A stretch of DNA of 64,000 bases from contig CALESQ010000111.1 in assembly GCA_937907455.1 (NCBI GenBank), positions 21,454-85,453 of the forward strand. Reading direction: 5' to 3'. Below, in pieces: positions 17,415-26,560 of this stretch (the stretch's first letter is position 1; the number at the start of each line of letters is the position of its first letter). Both the position numbers and the translations under genes were made by a program. This DNA comes from an uncultured Caldilineales bacterium (GTDB lineage Bacteria; Chloroflexota; Anaerolineae; JAAEKA01). Below the pieces are notes generated by a model, which saw nothing but the letters and a program-made list of their open reading frames with translations, was not told the origin of the DNA and did no database searches.

Positions 17415-18152
17415 CTATTTGCGTACCACGTAACGCACGTTGTTCCAGTCGTCGCTGCGCACGTAGTAGACCCGCACTTCGCCGCTGCTCAAGTGCTCAG
17501 CGCGCTGAGCCGTGTAGTCCTGCCCAGTCCACTGCACCTTGAACTCGCCAGAGTTGGGCACGAACCCATCGGCGAAGATGCGTTTCTGCAGGGCAGCGCC
17601 CGGGTTGAATTCGATCACCTGCTTGCGTTGGCCGTGCCAAACGAGGGCATCATCCAACTTGCCAAAGATCGGCTCCACATCCTCTAGCTGCCAGACGCCA
17701 TGCAATGGGCCTCGGTGATTGGTGCCACCCTTCATGCCAGTACCAGACAAACAATCAGACGGAGCGCTGGACAACACCCAAAGGTGATACCACGGTCCAT
17801 AGGCGCTGCCTAGGCCAAGGCCGTGCATTCCATCCGAGGCCGTGCGCTTGACAACGCCACGATCTGCCCAGCGATTATCATAGCCCGTCAGGTTGTCGAA
17901 AGTTGGCTCGTTGCCTGGACTGTCCAGACTCGGCCAAGTCATCACCACCGGTTGATTATCCACCGGCATGTTGTTCTTGCCGCGAACTTCAGCCTTGACC
18001 AACGCAGGGCCTTCCGTGCAGAAGATTGCTTGCAAGCGCCAAACTTCCTTGGCATTGCCAATCTTGGCCGGCAATACGACGCAGCCATCATATGTTTGCG
18101 CCAGCCAAGTCAGGCTGCGCTCGGTTCCGTCAACATCAAATACACGTGTCAT
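17415..18152 (-). CDS. hypothetical secreted/cell-wall-associated protein in lysis cassette (245 aa)
   Basis: rc ATG 18150-18152 after AGGAGACAAACG RBS; low-GC. Confidence 0.55.
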   Translation of the reverse strand: MTRVFDVDGTERSLTWLAQTYDGCVVLPAKIGNAKEVWRLQAIFCTEGPALVKAEVRGKNNMPVDNQPVVMTWPSLDSPGNEPTFDNLTGYDNRWADRGVVKRTASDGMHGLGLGSAYGPWYHLWVLSSAPSDCLSGTGMKGGTNHRGPLHGVWQLEDVEPIFGKLDDALVWHGQRKQVIEFNPGAALQKRIFADGFVPNSGEFKVQWTGQDYTAQRAEHLSSGEVRVYYVRSDDWNNVRYVVRK

Positions 18153-18162
18153 CGTTTGTCTC

Positions 18163-19812
18163 CTATGGTTTGTTGACTTGCCTGACGACCCACTGTCCGT
18201 CAGGAGTAAGGTTGGTGGCAAAGAAGGCGACCTCATGGCCGTCAGCGGGGCGATATCCCAGCTGAGTTACCCCCTGCCACGTGCTTCCCGCGCGTACATC
18301 CGTCTCGTTGCCGATGGGTGTGTAGCCCGCCTGACGCATGGCAATCTCGATGGCTGAGACAGGGTTGGGCGAGATGACCTGTGCAGTCTTGGCGACTGCC
18401 CAGATCAGCGAACTGCTGGCGTCGGGACTGTTCAACCAAGGCAGGACAGCGGCCAGTTTGTCGCCAGGGCACGAGGTCTGGTTGCCCGGCACATCGCGGT
18501 GGCCCGCCACCGGCAAGGGCGCAGCAGTCCAAGTGGCCCAGCGCCGTGCTGTCTGAAGGACCCGGCGCAGCACGTCCACTTCCTCGACGGTCGGTTCTTC
18601 ACGGACGAAGCTGCCGGCCAGGCAGACGGCGAGGCCGCGGTCGTTGCCAATCGTGTGGGCGTGATAGCTGCGCGTCCGCGGGTCGTTGAGCAGTGAGACC
18701 ATCACCTTGCCACCAAATGAGCGCACGCCGATGTGATAGCCGATCCCCGGCCAGCCGTTGCTGTTGACGTGGTATTGCGCCACGCTCTGCCACGTTGCCG
18801 CCTTCGATGCCTCGGTGTGGTGCAGAACAATGCGGTCGATGGCTGAAAGCGCCCGCTCGTGATAGACCAGTGTCGCATGGCGAGGCAGCGACCTGGATAG
18901 GTCCTCGTAGTCGGCGCCGAACTCTGCCCTGAGCAGTTCTCCCAGCGGGGGCGGCGCGCTGGGTGCGGTCGGCTCATACGAGCCACCCCGCGCTTGAATG
19001 TGTGCATTGATCATGTCGTTCATCTCCCTGTCCACTTCGAAGTCCTCCCAGCCCATGGGGCCGGCCGTGAAGATGGTGGCCGTCAACACGTAGGGGTCTT
19101 TTGCCAACTCGGCATCGAACATGGCCAACTGCTCCATGTAGTGCGCCCGATCTCGGCAGAACGTCCTCCAGCCCCTCTTGGGCATATCGATCACTCCGCC
19201 ATCCACACCACATTCGGTGATCAGCAGTGGGGGCAGCACGATGCCCGCTTCAATGGCATAGCGCGCGTTCAGGCGATAGCGAAAAGCGTGCCATTCGGTC
19301 ATGCCACTTTCCAAATGCGGATAGTCCAACACCCAGTAGCAGTGCTGAGACCAGTAGTCGCAGGCCGCCAACCCACGGGCGATTTCCTGAAAACAGGCTC
19401 TGCGCTGCGCCTCGTCGCCGCCCGGATTGCCCTCGCTCAGGTTGCCGCCCACAAGCTGCAACCCGGCGCCGTGCATCAGCTCGGCCAGGCGGATCGTGAA
19501 CTCGCTCAGCTGGCGGCAAAACGCCAGATCGGCTACCGGCTGCGGCTCGTTGGGCGCCTCCCAAATGCGGATGTATGGCGCGCGGGCGAATGTGGGCTGG
19601 CAGAAGCCGAACCATGCCTCAGCGCCGGCCGCCCCGCGCCTAACCAAGTCATTGCTGTCATTGTCGGGCATGTACACCCGCCCAATGATCTGCTTTCCCG
19701 GCCAACGATTCTCGCTGGGCGGATCCATGACCTTGATCCAGCGCGCTGCGCTGCTGTTACCATCGGCCCAGTTGGGGTGGGCCTGTAAGTGCAACGACAG
19801 TTTACTTGTCAT
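18163..19812 (-). CDS. two-domain endolysin: N-terminal GH5-like glycoside hydrolase (NEP...ITECG) plus C-terminal N-acetylmuramoyl-L-alanine amidase (Amidase_2/PGRP)
   Basis: WEAPNEP and ITECGVDGG catalytic-type motifs; amidase_2 signature HHTEA..GIGYHIG..HRDV..TSCPG. Confidence 0.75.
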   Translation of the reverse strand: MTSKLSLHLQAHPNWADGNSSAARWIKVMDPPSENRWPGKQIIGRVYMPDNDSNDLVRRGAAGAEAWFGFCQPTFARAPYIRIWEAPNEPQPVADLAFCRQLSEFTIRLAELMHGAGLQLVGGNLSEGNPGGDEAQRRACFQEIARGLAACDYWSQHCYWVLDYPHLESGMTEWHAFRYRLNARYAIEAGIVLPPLLITECGVDGGVIDMPKRGWRTFCRDRAHYMEQLAMFDAELAKDPYVLTATIFTAGPMGWEDFEVDREMNDMINAHIQARGGSYEPTAPSAPPPLGELLRAEFGADYEDLSRSLPRHATLVYHERALSAIDRIVLHHTEASKAATWQSVAQYHVNSNGWPGIGYHIGVRSFGGKVMVSLLNDPRTRSYHAHTIGNDRGLAVCLAGSFVREEPTVEEVDVLRRVLQTARRWATWTAAPLPVAGHRDVPGNQTSCPGDKLAAVLPWLNSPDASSSLIWAVAKTAQVISPNPVSAIEIAMRQAGYTPIGNETDVRAGSTWQGVTQLGYRPADGHEVAFFATNLTPDGQWVVRQVNKP

Positions 19813-19830
19813 GCTGTTTCTTCTCCTTCT

Positions 19831-19971
19831 TCATATCCAACTCAGCTTGCACTCAGCACTGAACCTGCGTCGTTTGGCCTTCGGCACGACTTCCGGGTTT
19901 GACTGTACTACCAGTGAGTGGCCGTTCAGTGATCCGTTCTTGCTGACTTTGACCGGTTGCTTGTGTGACAT
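19831..19971 (-). CDS. small basic protein (46 aa) between right IR and endolysin
   Basis: rc ATG 19969-19971 preceded by GAAGGAG RBS; MSHKQPVKVSKNGSL... Confidence 0.4.
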   Translation of the reverse strand: MSHKQPVKVSKNGSLNGHSLVVQSNPEVVPKAKRRRFSAECKLSWI

Positions 19972-19991
19972 CTTCTTGACTCCTTCGGTGT

Positions 19992-20045
19992 ATTGTACAC
20001 TAAATTCGTCGCAGAAGCTGTTTCACCTATTATAGACACAAAGGG
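19992..20045. repeat. right copy of perfect 54-bp inverted repeat (likely promoter for lysis cassette)
   Basis: exact reverse complement of 17341-17394; TATAAT on minus strand upstream of 19971 gene. Confidence 0.9.
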
Positions 20046-20120
20046 CTTGATATATGCGCATTCCTGCATTCTCCTATTGCCTCACCACGAAGGGGATTAC
20101 ACTTTCATTTGACGAGATGT

Positions 20121-21995
20121 TTACAACACAAACCCCACGCCGCCCACCGGCCCCCGCAAATCCTGCCAGGACCAGTACGCGGCGTCAGTCAGGTCGAACG
20201 GCTTGACCTTGGGAAAACGGCGCAGCGCCTTCTCCAGGGTGACGTGGGTGCCCAGGACGTGGATGATGCGGCCCCGTTCGTAGTCGGCCAGCATCTGCTG
20301 CGCGCGATGGGCCTTGGGGCCGTGGCCGGCGCCGGCCTTGTCGGAGCGGAACGGCGGCGGGTCGCTGATCCCTAAGCCGGCGGCCGCCTCCCGATAGACG
20401 CTGGCCCAGGTGTCGCCGCCCTGGTCGGTCTCCACGCCCACCGCCTCGGCGCCCAACTCGACCGCCTTGCGGATGGCGCGCTGGAGGGCGTCCTGCGGAC
20501 TGGTGACGTGCTCCCACGAAAACAGGCGGAAGATCGTGCCGTCCGGGCCGATGCCGTCGGCCTGGATGCCCTGGCTGTCCGAGGCGTCGGTGGACGTGAC
20601 AGCCGGGTCTACCCAGACCACGATGCGCACCAGCGCCGGCAGCTCGTCCCAGGCGCAGCGCATGAACTCCAGGTGGTCGAACATGCCGCCGGCAGCCTCC
20701 TCGACCTCGTGCTGGGCCTCGTGCAGGAAGGCCGTCAAGCCCCAGGCGTCGAGCTGCTGCTGGGCGTGCTCCATGCTCTGGCCGACCCAGATCGACTGGC
20801 CGCCGGTGATGACGTAGCGCCCGCCGCGCATCTCGTAGGTCAGGTTGCGCACCGCCGGGTGGGGACCTGAGACGATGCGCTCGCGCAGGAAGTCGGCGCG
20901 GCCGTCGGCCATGCGGCTGAACAGCCCGTTGGGGATAATCAGGTTCTGGATGCCAATCACCGCCACGTCGGGCGAGCCGGCCGGCAGCAGGGACGTGGTG
21001 AGGGTGGTGATCTTCTTGGCCGTGTAGCCGGGGTTGTCCAGCTTGTTGTCCAGGTCATCCAGGCAGTTGTGGGAGAGGCCGAACGCGGTCAGGTAGGTAT
21101 GCGAGGCCGTGGTGATGGGCGCGAAGGTCCTGACGCCGGCCGGCTGGACGCTGCGCACCCGGTTCCAGAAGGCGCCGTTCAGTAGGCCGTAGCCGATCTG
21201 GTCGCCCGGCTCCAGGTCGCGCGCCTCGATCCAGCCGCCGTCTTCAACCACGTTCTTGCGCGCCCAATAGCGGTGTTCAGGCGTCACCACCTCGGCAAAC
21301 GACAGGCCGGCCACCTGCACCTCCAGGCCCTCAGCCTGGCGCAGGCCCAGCAGTCCGGGGTGCTCCTCGACCATCACCCAGCGGCCCATGTCGTAAACGG
21401 GCGTGCCGACCTCGTGGCAGATCAAGTCGGGCCGGTTCTCCTCGACTTTCGAGCCGCGGTAGGCCGTGTCGAAGCCGATGGCGTCCACCGTGAAGCCGCT
21501 GGCCGCGCGCATTCGCTCACGCCGCCAGCCGCGCGTGTTGCCGTACTTGCCCTTCTGCGGCGCGCCCAGCATGGGGTAGAACTCGGCGATGGCCGACGAC
21601 TCCAGCAGCACGGCGATGTTCTCGACCGACTTGTCGGCCAGCTCCTGGGTCTCGCGCACGTACCAGGCGTACTTGCGCACGCCGCGCGCTCCCAGGGCCA
21701 CGGTGGCCATCTCGGCGGAGGACGACTTGCCGCCGCCGCGCGGCCAAATCGCGATGAAGGCCGGCGGGCGCTGGCCCCGCTTTAGCGCCCAGACGTGATC
21801 CCAGAACTCGGCATGGTGGTCGCCGAACTCGAAGCCGACGTAGGCCGGGAACATGGCGCGCAGCCAGCCGGCCCAGTCAGCCGGCGGCGGGTCGATGCGC
21901 TGGGCGCGGCTGCGCGGGTCGATCTCGTCGGCCGCGCGCCGCAGCAGCATGTCGTAGGCCGTCCCGAACTGCGGGAGGAGGGAGGAGACCGTCAT
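20121..21995 (-). CDS. terL: terminase large subunit (ATPase plus nuclease) containing a mini-intein
   Basis: Walker A IWPRGGGKSSS; nuclease-domain similarity; 624 aa immediately downstream of the terS-like gene. Confidence 0.8.
   Translation of the reverse strand: MTVSSLLPQFGTAYDMLLRRAADEIDPRSRAQRIDPPPADWAGWLRAMFPAYVGFEFGDHHAEFWDHVWALKRGQRPPAFIAIWPRGGGKSSSAEMATVALGARGVRKYAWYVRETQELADKSVENIAVLLESSAIAEFYPMLGAPQKGKYGNTRGWRRERMRAASGFTVDAIGFDTAYRGSKVEENRPDLICHEVGTPVYDMGRWVMVEEHPGLLGLRQAEGLEVQVAGLSFAEVVTPEHRYWARKNVVEDGGWIEARDLEPGDQIGYGLLNGAFWNRVRSVQPAGVRTFAPITTASHTYLTAFGLSHNCLDDLDNKLDNPGYTAKKITTLTTSLLPAGSPDVAVIGIQNLIIPNGLFSRMADGRADFLRERIVSGPHPAVRNLTYEMRGGRYVITGGQSIWVGQSMEHAQQQLDAWGLTAFLHEAQHEVEEAAGGMFDHLEFMRCAWDELPALVRIVVWVDPAVTSTDASDSQGIQADGIGPDGTIFRLFSWEHVTSPQDALQRAIRKAVELGAEAVGVETDQGGDTWASVYREAAAGLGISDPPPFRSDKAGAGHGPKAHRAQQMLADYERGRIIHVLGTHVTLEKALRRFPKVKPFDLTDAAYWSWQDLRGPVGGVGFVL
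21066..21419 (-). other. mini-intein (Hint domain, ~118 aa, no homing endonuclease) inside terL
   Basis: starts CHEVGT (Cys1 and Thr6 of block A), block B TPEH, C-terminal block VRTFAPITTASHTYLTAFGLSHN followed by +1 Cys. Confidence 0.65.
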
Positions 21996-22624
21996 CGGCC
22001 CTCCGCGGCGATGATGCGCCGGATGCCGTCGGAGATGGCAATCAGCGCGCGCTGGTCGTCTACGTGCTCCTTGACCAACTTCGTGACCGCCATCACCAGC
22101 ACCATCGCCTGCTCAGCCGTCACCATCTGGGAAAGTTGCACCAGCCGCTTGCGCTCCGACTCCACCAGTTTGCGCCGCAGGTCCAGCATTTCGCCCACCT
22201 CGCGCCAGGCATGATACCCGGCCTGGCCCCGCCTCAGCGCGCCGCCCATCGCGTCCAGGGAGGACTTCAGGCCGGCCGCGTCGCCGGCGGCGATGGCGTC
22301 CTGGAGGGCGGCGTAGTTCTCCATCGCCTTGGCCCAGGCCGCCCCGGTCTCGCCGCTGTCCAGCTTAGAGAGCAGCTCGGCCAGGCGGGTGTCGATGATG
22401 GCGATGTCGTCGCGCATGACCAGCAGGTCGCCGTCGTTGGCCGCCCGCTCGTACTGCTCCAGCAGGCGCTTGGGCATGTAGCGGGAGTAGCGGCCGTCCT
22501 TGTACTGCGGCAAGGCCACACCCACCAAAGACTTACCACCGTGTAGCCGACACCGCCCGTTGGCCATGACTGCTGTGTTTTTGCACGGTTCTCCGCTGCG
22601 CGTCTTCGCGCCACACTGTTTCAT
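21992..22624 (-). CDS. putative terminase small subunit / DNA-binding protein with N-terminal zinc-ribbon (HGG motif)
   Basis: rc ATG 22622-22624; CGAKTRSGEPCKNTAVMANGRCRLHGGKS; directly upstream of terL. Confidence 0.55.
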   Translation of the reverse strand: MKQCGAKTRSGEPCKNTAVMANGRCRLHGGKSLVGVALPQYKDGRYSRYMPKRLLEQYERAANDGDLLVMRDDIAIIDTRLAELLSKLDSGETGAAWAKAMENYAALQDAIAAGDAAGLKSSLDAMGGALRRGQAGYHAWREVGEMLDLRRKLVESERKRLVQLSQMVTAEQAMVLVMAVTKLVKEHVDDQRALIAISDGIRRIIAAEGR

Positions 22625-22671
22625 TATGACAACCGTACATGGGGGTTTTGCGCGTGCATAGGGGTGTGCGC

Positions 22672-22863
22672 CTACGCCTGAGCCGGGCCGGCTTCGAGGA
22701 GGACGGGCGCGACGCCGGTTAGGAGGAAGAAGCGCTCCAGCGCCACAGCCACATAACCCGGCTCGATCTCCACAGCCCGGCAGCGCCGCCCCAGCCGCTC
22801 GCAGGCTATCAGGTCTTGTGCTTTTGCCAGTCTTGTGGTACAATGCCCGTATGAAACACTCAT
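22672..22863 (-). pseudogene. orphan 3'-end fragment of a DNA methyltransferase (paralog of the C-terminus of the 23490..24680 gene)
   Basis: RLGRRCRAVEIEPGYVAVALERFFLLTGVAPVLLE vs RLGRRCFGIEIDPGYCAVTLERMSGLGVTPILVE. Confidence 0.5.
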
Positions 22864-23591
22864 TGCAATGCTCTCACTGTGGCAAGGCGATTAAACGGGA
22901 AGATTACCAGATTGCCCGTAACACGACGGGGCTTTGGTTTTGCTCTTACGACTGCCAAAAGTCCTACCGCAAAGCCAACACCATTGCGCCTGAGTTGACT
23001 TGTCCGGTGTGCGGAAAACAGTTCATTGTCAAACCCTACAGGGTGAAGCAAGGAAAACAGCTTGCTTGCTCGTTGGAATGTCGCCAAGTTCTGCTTGGCT
23101 GGGGTAGCAAGCTGCTCAACTGTGAATGGTGCGGACAAGAGTTTCGCCGTCGAAATGCCCAGGTGAACGGACACAACTTTTGCAGCCGTCATTGCATGGG
23201 ACAATGGCAGTCTGAATACGTCACGGGTGAACAAAGCCCAAGTTGGCGCGGTGGCTGGCAACCTTACTATGGCAAGGATTGGAACAAGCAAAACCGCCAA
23301 GCCCGCAAGCGAGACGACCACACCTGCCAGGGGTGCGGAGTTCATCAAAGTGAAATCGCCTATACCCTCGAAGTTCATCACAAGAAACCTGTGCGCCTTT
23401 TCGACAATCCCAACGATGCCAACTCGCTGGACAATCTCGTTACGCTTTGCCGTCCGTGTCACGTCAAGATGGACGTATACGCCCGTTGGCTATTCGACAA
23501 GAATGGGCGTGACACCAAGCCCGCTCATCCTCTCCAAAGTGACAGCGCAATAGCCAGGGTCTATCTCAATACCAAAACAGCGCCGTCCTAG
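22851..23591 (+). CDS. HNH homing-type endonuclease with N-terminal multi-CxxC zinc fingers; low-GC
   Basis: HNH motif DDHTCQGCGV..EVHHKKP..NLVTLCRPCH; own TTGTGC-N17-TACAAT promoter; 3' end overlaps convergent MTase by ~100 nt. Confidence 0.8.
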   Translation: MKHSLQCSHCGKAIKREDYQIARNTTGLWFCSYDCQKSYRKANTIAPELTCPVCGKQFIVKPYRVKQGKQLACSLECRQVLLGWGSKLLNCEWCGQEFRRRNAQVNGHNFCSRHCMGQWQSEYVTGEQSPSWRGGWQPYYGKDWNKQNRQARKRDDHTCQGCGVHQSEIAYTLEVHHKKPVRLFDNPNDANSLDNLVTLCRPCHVKMDVYARWLFDKNGRDTKPAHPLQSDSAIARVYLNTKTAPS

Positions 23592-24680
23592 TCTGTGCGC
23601 TGCGACCATTGTCGTGCCGCTGCCGAGGAAGGGATCGTAAACAATGCCGCCAACGCGCTTCACAAGATCAATGACCACGGCTTGCGGCTTGACGCTGGCG
23701 TGCCATCCTTCTGTGTCAGACAACTCTTGCCCAAGCGTCGTTGGTGAATAGCAGTCGTGAGAATACGGGTGTACGTCCAACCACTCCGCTTTCCCTTTAC
23801 TGCTGGCGCGGATGGCTTCTGAAGTCAGAAGCCATCCGCGCCAGGGGAAAGTCTCATCATTCGGCTTGTACATCCACAACAGCCGCTCAGGATGCCAGCC
23901 CGCCGCCCGCGTTGCGTCAAGCCACACCCATTCAAGCCGTGGTGACTGAAACGCAATCAGCACGCCGTCGTCAATCGGCATCGCAGCAAGGCACCCATCG
24001 AACAGCGCCCGCAGCCCTTCGGGATCGTCGTTTGTGATGCCCTCCCGATTGATGCCGTAGGGCGGATCAGTCACGCAACACCCTGCCTTCTCCCCGCCCA
24101 TCACTCGTGCCACCACCGCCGCGTCCGCGCAGTCGCCGCAGATCAGCCGGTGCTCGCCCAACTGCCACAGTTGCCCCGTGGCCGTTGACCACTTGGCTTG
24201 CAACTCCGCCGCCCGATTTACCTGCCCGCTGTCGTCCTCGCCGGCCGGCGCCTTGAGGCTGCGCAGCAACTCCTTCAGCCGCGCGTCCCCGCCAGCCGCC
24301 ACCGCCGCCAGCTCCTCGTCGGTCTCCTTGAGCTTCGCCACCAGCGCCGCCAGCCTGGCCAGGTCGGGGCTGGAGCCGCGCGCGGTCTCGTTGTCGGCGG
24401 CCATGTAGGCGACGACCTTCTCCGCCGTCCAGTCGGGCGGGATCACGTCGGCCTTGACCTCGGTCTTGCCTTCGGCCTGGGCCGCCTCGATAAAGCCGTG
24501 GCCGGCGACGCCGACGAAGCCGCCCTGGCCGTCGTCCAGCACCACGACGGAGCGAACCTGGCCGAACAGCCGGACCGACCGGCGTAGGTCGGCGATTTGC
24601 TCGTCCGGGTGCTCGTTGTAGTTGTCCGGGCTGGCCCGGTAGCGGTCGAGGGAGATGATGCGGTTGACGACTTCTGACAC
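23490..24680 (-). CDS. ParB-like nuclease domain fused to N4/N6 DNA methyltransferase (beta-class: DPPY then FLGSGTT)
   Basis: VTDPPYG motif IV; DPFLGSGTT motif I; N-terminal ParB-like region. Confidence 0.8.
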   Translation of the reverse strand: MSEVVNRIISLDRYRASPDNYNEHPDEQIADLRRSVRLFGQVRSVVVLDDGQGGFVGVAGHGFIEAAQAEGKTEVKADVIPPDWTAEKVVAYMAADNETARGSSPDLARLAALVAKLKETDEELAAVAAGGDARLKELLRSLKAPAGEDDSGQVNRAAELQAKWSTATGQLWQLGEHRLICGDCADAAVVARVMGGEKAGCCVTDPPYGINREGITNDDPEGLRALFDGCLAAMPIDDGVLIAFQSPRLEWVWLDATRAAGWHPERLLWMYKPNDETFPWRGWLLTSEAIRASSKGKAEWLDVHPYSHDCYSPTTLGQELSDTEGWHASVKPQAVVIDLVKRVGGIVYDPFLGSGTTMVAAHRLGRRCFGIEIDPGYCAVTLERMSGLGVTPILVE

Positions 24681-24694
24681 AGCGTTACTCCAGA

Positions 24695-24724
24695 CTTGAC
24701 AGCTTTTGCTTTTGGGTGTATAAT
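24695..24724 (+). promoter_or_regulatory. conserved promoter cassette copy 4
   Basis: TTGACA 24695-24700, TATAAT 24719-24724. Confidence 0.65.
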
Positions 24725-24748
24725 TCCCTTAGCAGTAGAGAACAAACC

Positions 24749-24771
24749 AAATCCGCAAATTTTGCGGATTT
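24749..24771. promoter_or_regulatory. palindromic operator-like site copy 3
   Basis: aaatccgcaaattttgcggattt upstream of parB-like RBS. Confidence 0.6.
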
Positions 24772-24793
24772 GCCCAGCAAGGAGGCACGACCC

Positions 24794-25693
24794 ATGACCG
24801 GCGAGCGCACCATCCAGCTAATCGACATGCAGCAGATCGTCCCTGGCGACAACGGCACCGGCCACCAAGATCGCACCGTCTTTGACCCGGCCGGCTTGGC
24901 CGAGTTAGCCGGCTCGATCCAGCAGCACGGCCTCTTGCAGCCCATCACCGTCCGGCCTATCGGCGAAAGCGACCTCTACCGCATCGTCGCCGGCGAGCGC
25001 CGCTTCCGGGCCTGCGAGCTGCTGGGCTGGCTGGAAATCCCGGCCATCGTGGCCGACGTGACCGCCGACGAGGCCGCGGCCCTGATGCTGGCCGAGAACA
25101 CGAGCCGGGAAGACCTCAACCCGGTGGACGAGGCCAACGCCTACCAGGTGCGCATCGAGCGCTTGGGCTGGACGGTGGCCGACTGCGCCAGAGCTGCCGG
25201 CGTGTCCGAGGCCCGTGTCTTGTTCCGGCTCAAGCTGCTCAAGCTGCGGCCCGACCTGCTGGACCTGGTGCGCACGGGCAACCTACCGCTGGGCTATGCG
25301 CAGATCATCGCCGACGGCAACCTGGACGTGAACCGCCAGCTCCTGGCCCTGCGGGCGCTGCGCAACAACCCGTCGCCTACGCCCGGTTGGTTCCGCCGCC
25401 AGGTGGGCGAGTTGCTGACCCAGCAGGCCCAGGCCAGCATGTTCGACGACGGGCCGCTGTTCGGCGGGCTGGACTTCGACGAGCCGGCCCAGCACGCCAC
25501 GCCCATCGAACCGCCCACGCCGGCCACGGTCGCGCCGCCGGCAGTAGGGCAGACGCCCAGGGAGATCGTCGCCGGCCAGATAGGCTTCTGGGAACAGGCC
25601 GCCGACGCTTGGGCTGATCTGGGCAAGCCGTTCAAGCGCCAAGAGTGTAAGGCGGCAGCCCAAGCGCTGGGGTTCCTGTTTGCCACGCTCTGA
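24794..25693 (+). CDS. ParB/Sulfiredoxin-domain protein (ParB-like nuclease/partition protein)
   Basis: ATG 24794 after CAAGGAGGCACGACC; ParB N-domain motifs LQPITVRP..YRIVAGERRFRA. Confidence 0.75.
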   Translation: MTGERTIQLIDMQQIVPGDNGTGHQDRTVFDPAGLAELAGSIQQHGLLQPITVRPIGESDLYRIVAGERRFRACELLGWLEIPAIVADVTADEAAALMLAENTSREDLNPVDEANAYQVRIERLGWTVADCARAAGVSEARVLFRLKLLKLRPDLLDLVRTGNLPLGYAQIIADGNLDVNRQLLALRALRNNPSPTPGWFRRQVGELLTQQAQASMFDDGPLFGGLDFDEPAQHATPIEPPTPATVAPPAVGQTPREIVAGQIGFWEQAADAWADLGKPFKRQECKAAAQALGFLFATL

Positions 25694-25841
25694 GCGCCGC
25701 TTGGGCGACCAGCGCGCCGCTGCCAGCGCACGGCTCCAGCAACACCGCGCCGGGGACGTGGGTCGGCGTGAAGAACAAGCCGCGAGCTGGGGGGGTGTAG
25801 CCGCCAGCGCCTGCTCCAACAGTTGACCGAGAGCGGTGGGA

Positions 25842-26072
25842 TCAAGGGGCATTCTGCGTTTCCTCTCTCGCCATCTGCCTGGCCTGGGCTGGCGTCTTGC
25901 CGCTGTATTCGCAGCGCCCAAAACCATTGGTGTGTTCCACGTAGCGGCCGCGTCGCAGCATGACGCGCGCGCTGCATAGGCAGAACGTCTCCACCGCAGC
26001 AGCCGGCAGGTGGCCGGCCTGGACCGCCAGCCTGTGAGTAGCAGGGTTGCGGGTGTAGATCATATTAGGCAT
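25842..26072 (-). CDS. small Cys-containing hypothetical protein (76 aa)
   Basis: ORF track; weak. Confidence 0.3.
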   Translation of the reverse strand: MPNMIYTRNPATHRLAVQAGHLPAAAVETFCLCSARVMLRRGRYVEHTNGFGRCEYSGKTPAQARQMAREETQNAP

Positions 26073-26556
26073 GACAACCCTCGCCGATGCCGACCAGCGC
26101 CGCGCCGCCGTCGGTCAGAGGATCGCCCGCTGGCACAACGCAGCACCGGCACTGACCCAATGATGCCAGCGTCGCCTCGTAGCCCGCCGGCTCAGGCGCG
26201 GTCGACGCGATACGGATCACCACGCGCGGGGCGGCCTTGTCCAGCGCCGTCACGGTGCGCACGCTCAGGACGTGCTGCTGGTCATCGTCAACCAGCAGCC
26301 AGCCCTTCAACGCGTCGATGTACAGCTTGCCGGGGATGTTGTCCGCGTCCAGGGGGCGGCTGGCGAAGAAGACCGTGATCGTCACGTCCACCGGCACAGC
26401 GAACGGCTCCACCGCGTCCGGGTCGATCTGCTCCCGCACTGCCAGGCGTATGCGCTCGACCTCGGCTTTGCGCTGCGTCCAATGCTGGCCAGCGTAGGCT
26501 TTGTTCCAACTGAGTGGCCTTTCGCTGGGGAGGGTGAGGGTGACGGTGTTACTCAT
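26065..26556 (-). CDS. rusA: RusA-family Holliday junction resolvase
   Basis: rc ATG 26554-26556; motifs DADNIPGKLYIDALKGWLLVDDDQQH (DxDN / DDxQ). Confidence 0.7.
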   Translation of the reverse strand: MSNTVTLTLPSERPLSWNKAYAGQHWTQRKAEVERIRLAVREQIDPDAVEPFAVPVDVTITVFFASRPLDADNIPGKLYIDALKGWLLVDDDQQHVLSVRTVTALDKAAPRVVIRIASTAPEPAGYEATLASLGQCRCCVVPAGDPLTDGGAALVGIGEGCHA

Positions 26557-26560
26557 CAAT

